This document shows, one piece after another, positions 31,239 to 32,514 of a DNA stretch of 32,514 nucleotides (within the stretch, counting starts at the first letter, position 1; each line of letters begins with the position of its first letter). The position numbers and the translations under genes were made by a program. Location of the stretch: the NCBI RefSeq assembly GCF_001194135.2, contig NC_069000.1, positions 44,404,612 through 44,437,125 on the forward strand, given 5' to 3'. Source of the DNA: Octopus bimaculoides (taxonomy: Eukaryota). The notes below the pieces were generated by a model. It made no database searches. It saw only the letters and a list, made by a program, of their open reading frames with translations, and was not told where the DNA came from.

Positions 31239-31264
31239 CATATATATATATATACACACATATA

Positions 31265-31362
31265 TATATTTATATAAGGGCATTACTACAGAATAATGCC
31301 ACACACTAGACTTCTCAAATAAACGTGGCATTATTCTGTAGTAATGCCCTTATATAAATATA
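31265..31362. repeat. Perfect 38-bp inverted repeat with a 22-nt spacer
   Basis: 31265-31302 is the exact reverse complement of 31325-31362. Confidence 0.97.
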
Positions 31363-31564
31363 AATGAATAATTATATTCTTGGGAATAAAAAAATGAAGG
31401 CTTTTTCCCTTATGAATTTTTTACACACTAGCTTCCTGATAAAATTCTTGTAAAAGATTTTTATCCCATTATTGAATTAATTAATTAAATATATACATAC
31501 ACAAGTAAGCACATAAATGCAAAACGTGGTGGAAAAACATACTTGGATACCGAACGGTAGAATA

Positions 31565-31742
31565 ATATGCTTTAGTTAAAGGTGGAAAGATACCTTCACC
31601 AACTGTAACAAGAGTTTCACATGATTGCTCATCGGACAATTGTGGTAGTACACAGTATGATCACAAGTGTGTGATGAATGGTAAGACGAAACACTGAATA
31701 ACAGTTTGTGAAGATTTTTTTCAGCTTTAATAAAAGCATATA
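31565..31742. mobile_element. Head-to-head inverted pair of ~76-bp hammerhead-bearing repeats, Penelope-like pseudo-LTR candidate
   Basis: The reverse complement of 31565-31640 aligns with 31666-31742 (GATGA..GAAAC..ACAGTT.GTGAAG..T.TTT.CA.CTTTAA..AAAGCATAT). Confidence 0.6.
31602..31640 (-). ncRNA. Minimal hammerhead ribozyme motif (type I layout), second family
   Basis: AUUGU-CCGAUGA-GCA[AUCA]UGU-GAAAC[UCUU]GU-U-ACAGU. All three stems can form. Deviations are U4C and a G.U pair closing stem II. Confidence 0.55.
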
Positions 31743-32145
31743 TAAATACATACACACACACATATATTTATATACATACATTATCATCATCGTTTAAATG
31801 TATATTTATATATATATACACACATACATGCATTTATACATGTGTTTGGTGCTGCAGTCCATGCTAATCACGTGTGTGTGTAGTCAATTCATGTTGAAAG
31901 ACAAGAGATGATAACAGTAACAAAACATCAACAACAATTCTTTCTACTCAGTCAGTCGCAAGGCCATTAATTTCATGGTGGAGTGGGGGGAGAGGTTAGT
32001 TGATTCCACAGACCCCCAGTTCTTGACTGGTACCTTATTGTATCAATTGTGAAAGGATAAAAGGTTAAGTCCCCCTCGGAGCTTTAACGGGGTTGGAAGA
32101 AATACCTCTAAGCATTTTCTTCAATACCTTAACAATAATAATAAT

Positions 32146-32362
32146 CCTTTCCATTAAAAGCACAAGGCCTGAAATTTTTTGTGGGGAGGGGATTAGTTGA
32201 TTACACCAACTCCGGTGTTTCACTGGTACTTAATTTATCGACCCTGAAAGGATGAAAGGCAAAGTTGACCTCAGCGGAATTTGAACTCAGAACGTGAAGA
32301 CAGAGGAAATGCCGCTAAGCATTTCGCCCACCATGCTAACATTTCTGCCAGCTCACCACCTT
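32146..32362 (-). mobile_element. SINE family E, near full length
   Basis: Aligns with 1946-2159 and 23369-23557. Confidence 0.8.
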
Positions 32363-32514
32363 AATAATAATAATATTAATAACAACAACAGAAACATGGA
32401 ACAGGGTACAGGGGTGGATCGGGGATGGGGGGTAGGGTGAGAGTGGAAAACAAATTCAGAGTATTTGGGTAATCAAATTTTAACTGATTTGAATTAATTA
32501 GAAAGTATAACCAT

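Overview
Repeat-rich, AT-rich animal genomic DNA with four assembly gaps. The SINE families and the intronless tandem C2H2 gene suggest a coleoid cephalopod, probably Octopus (inference, not a database result). Two intact protein-coding genes are supported: an 18-finger C2H2 zinc-finger gene (2507-4282, minus) and IFT52 with a fully intronless CDS (27717-29030, plus). IFT52 has a plausible RFX X-box promoter near 24560 and a 5'-UTR intron at 24788-27684. The rest is tRNA-derived SINEs, a TTAA-flanked piggyBac-type MITE, a decayed Tigger/Jerky transposase, RTE-type 3' ends, microsatellites and long polypurine tracts. Main points of interest: (1) two unrelated repeat families each carry hammerhead-ribozyme cores, and both occur as head-to-head inverted pairs (7640-8139, one copy with a tRNA-derived head; 31565-31742); (2) a ~85%-identical inverted copy of 144 nt of the IFT52 CDS lies inside the gene's own predicted 5'-UTR intron, a candidate editing-complementary sequence; (3) the zinc-finger recognition helices repeat with 3-finger periodicity, predicting a (GGAGAGNAA)n polypurine target; (4) two near-perfect palindromes. 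All alignments and structures were read by eye and none were computed.
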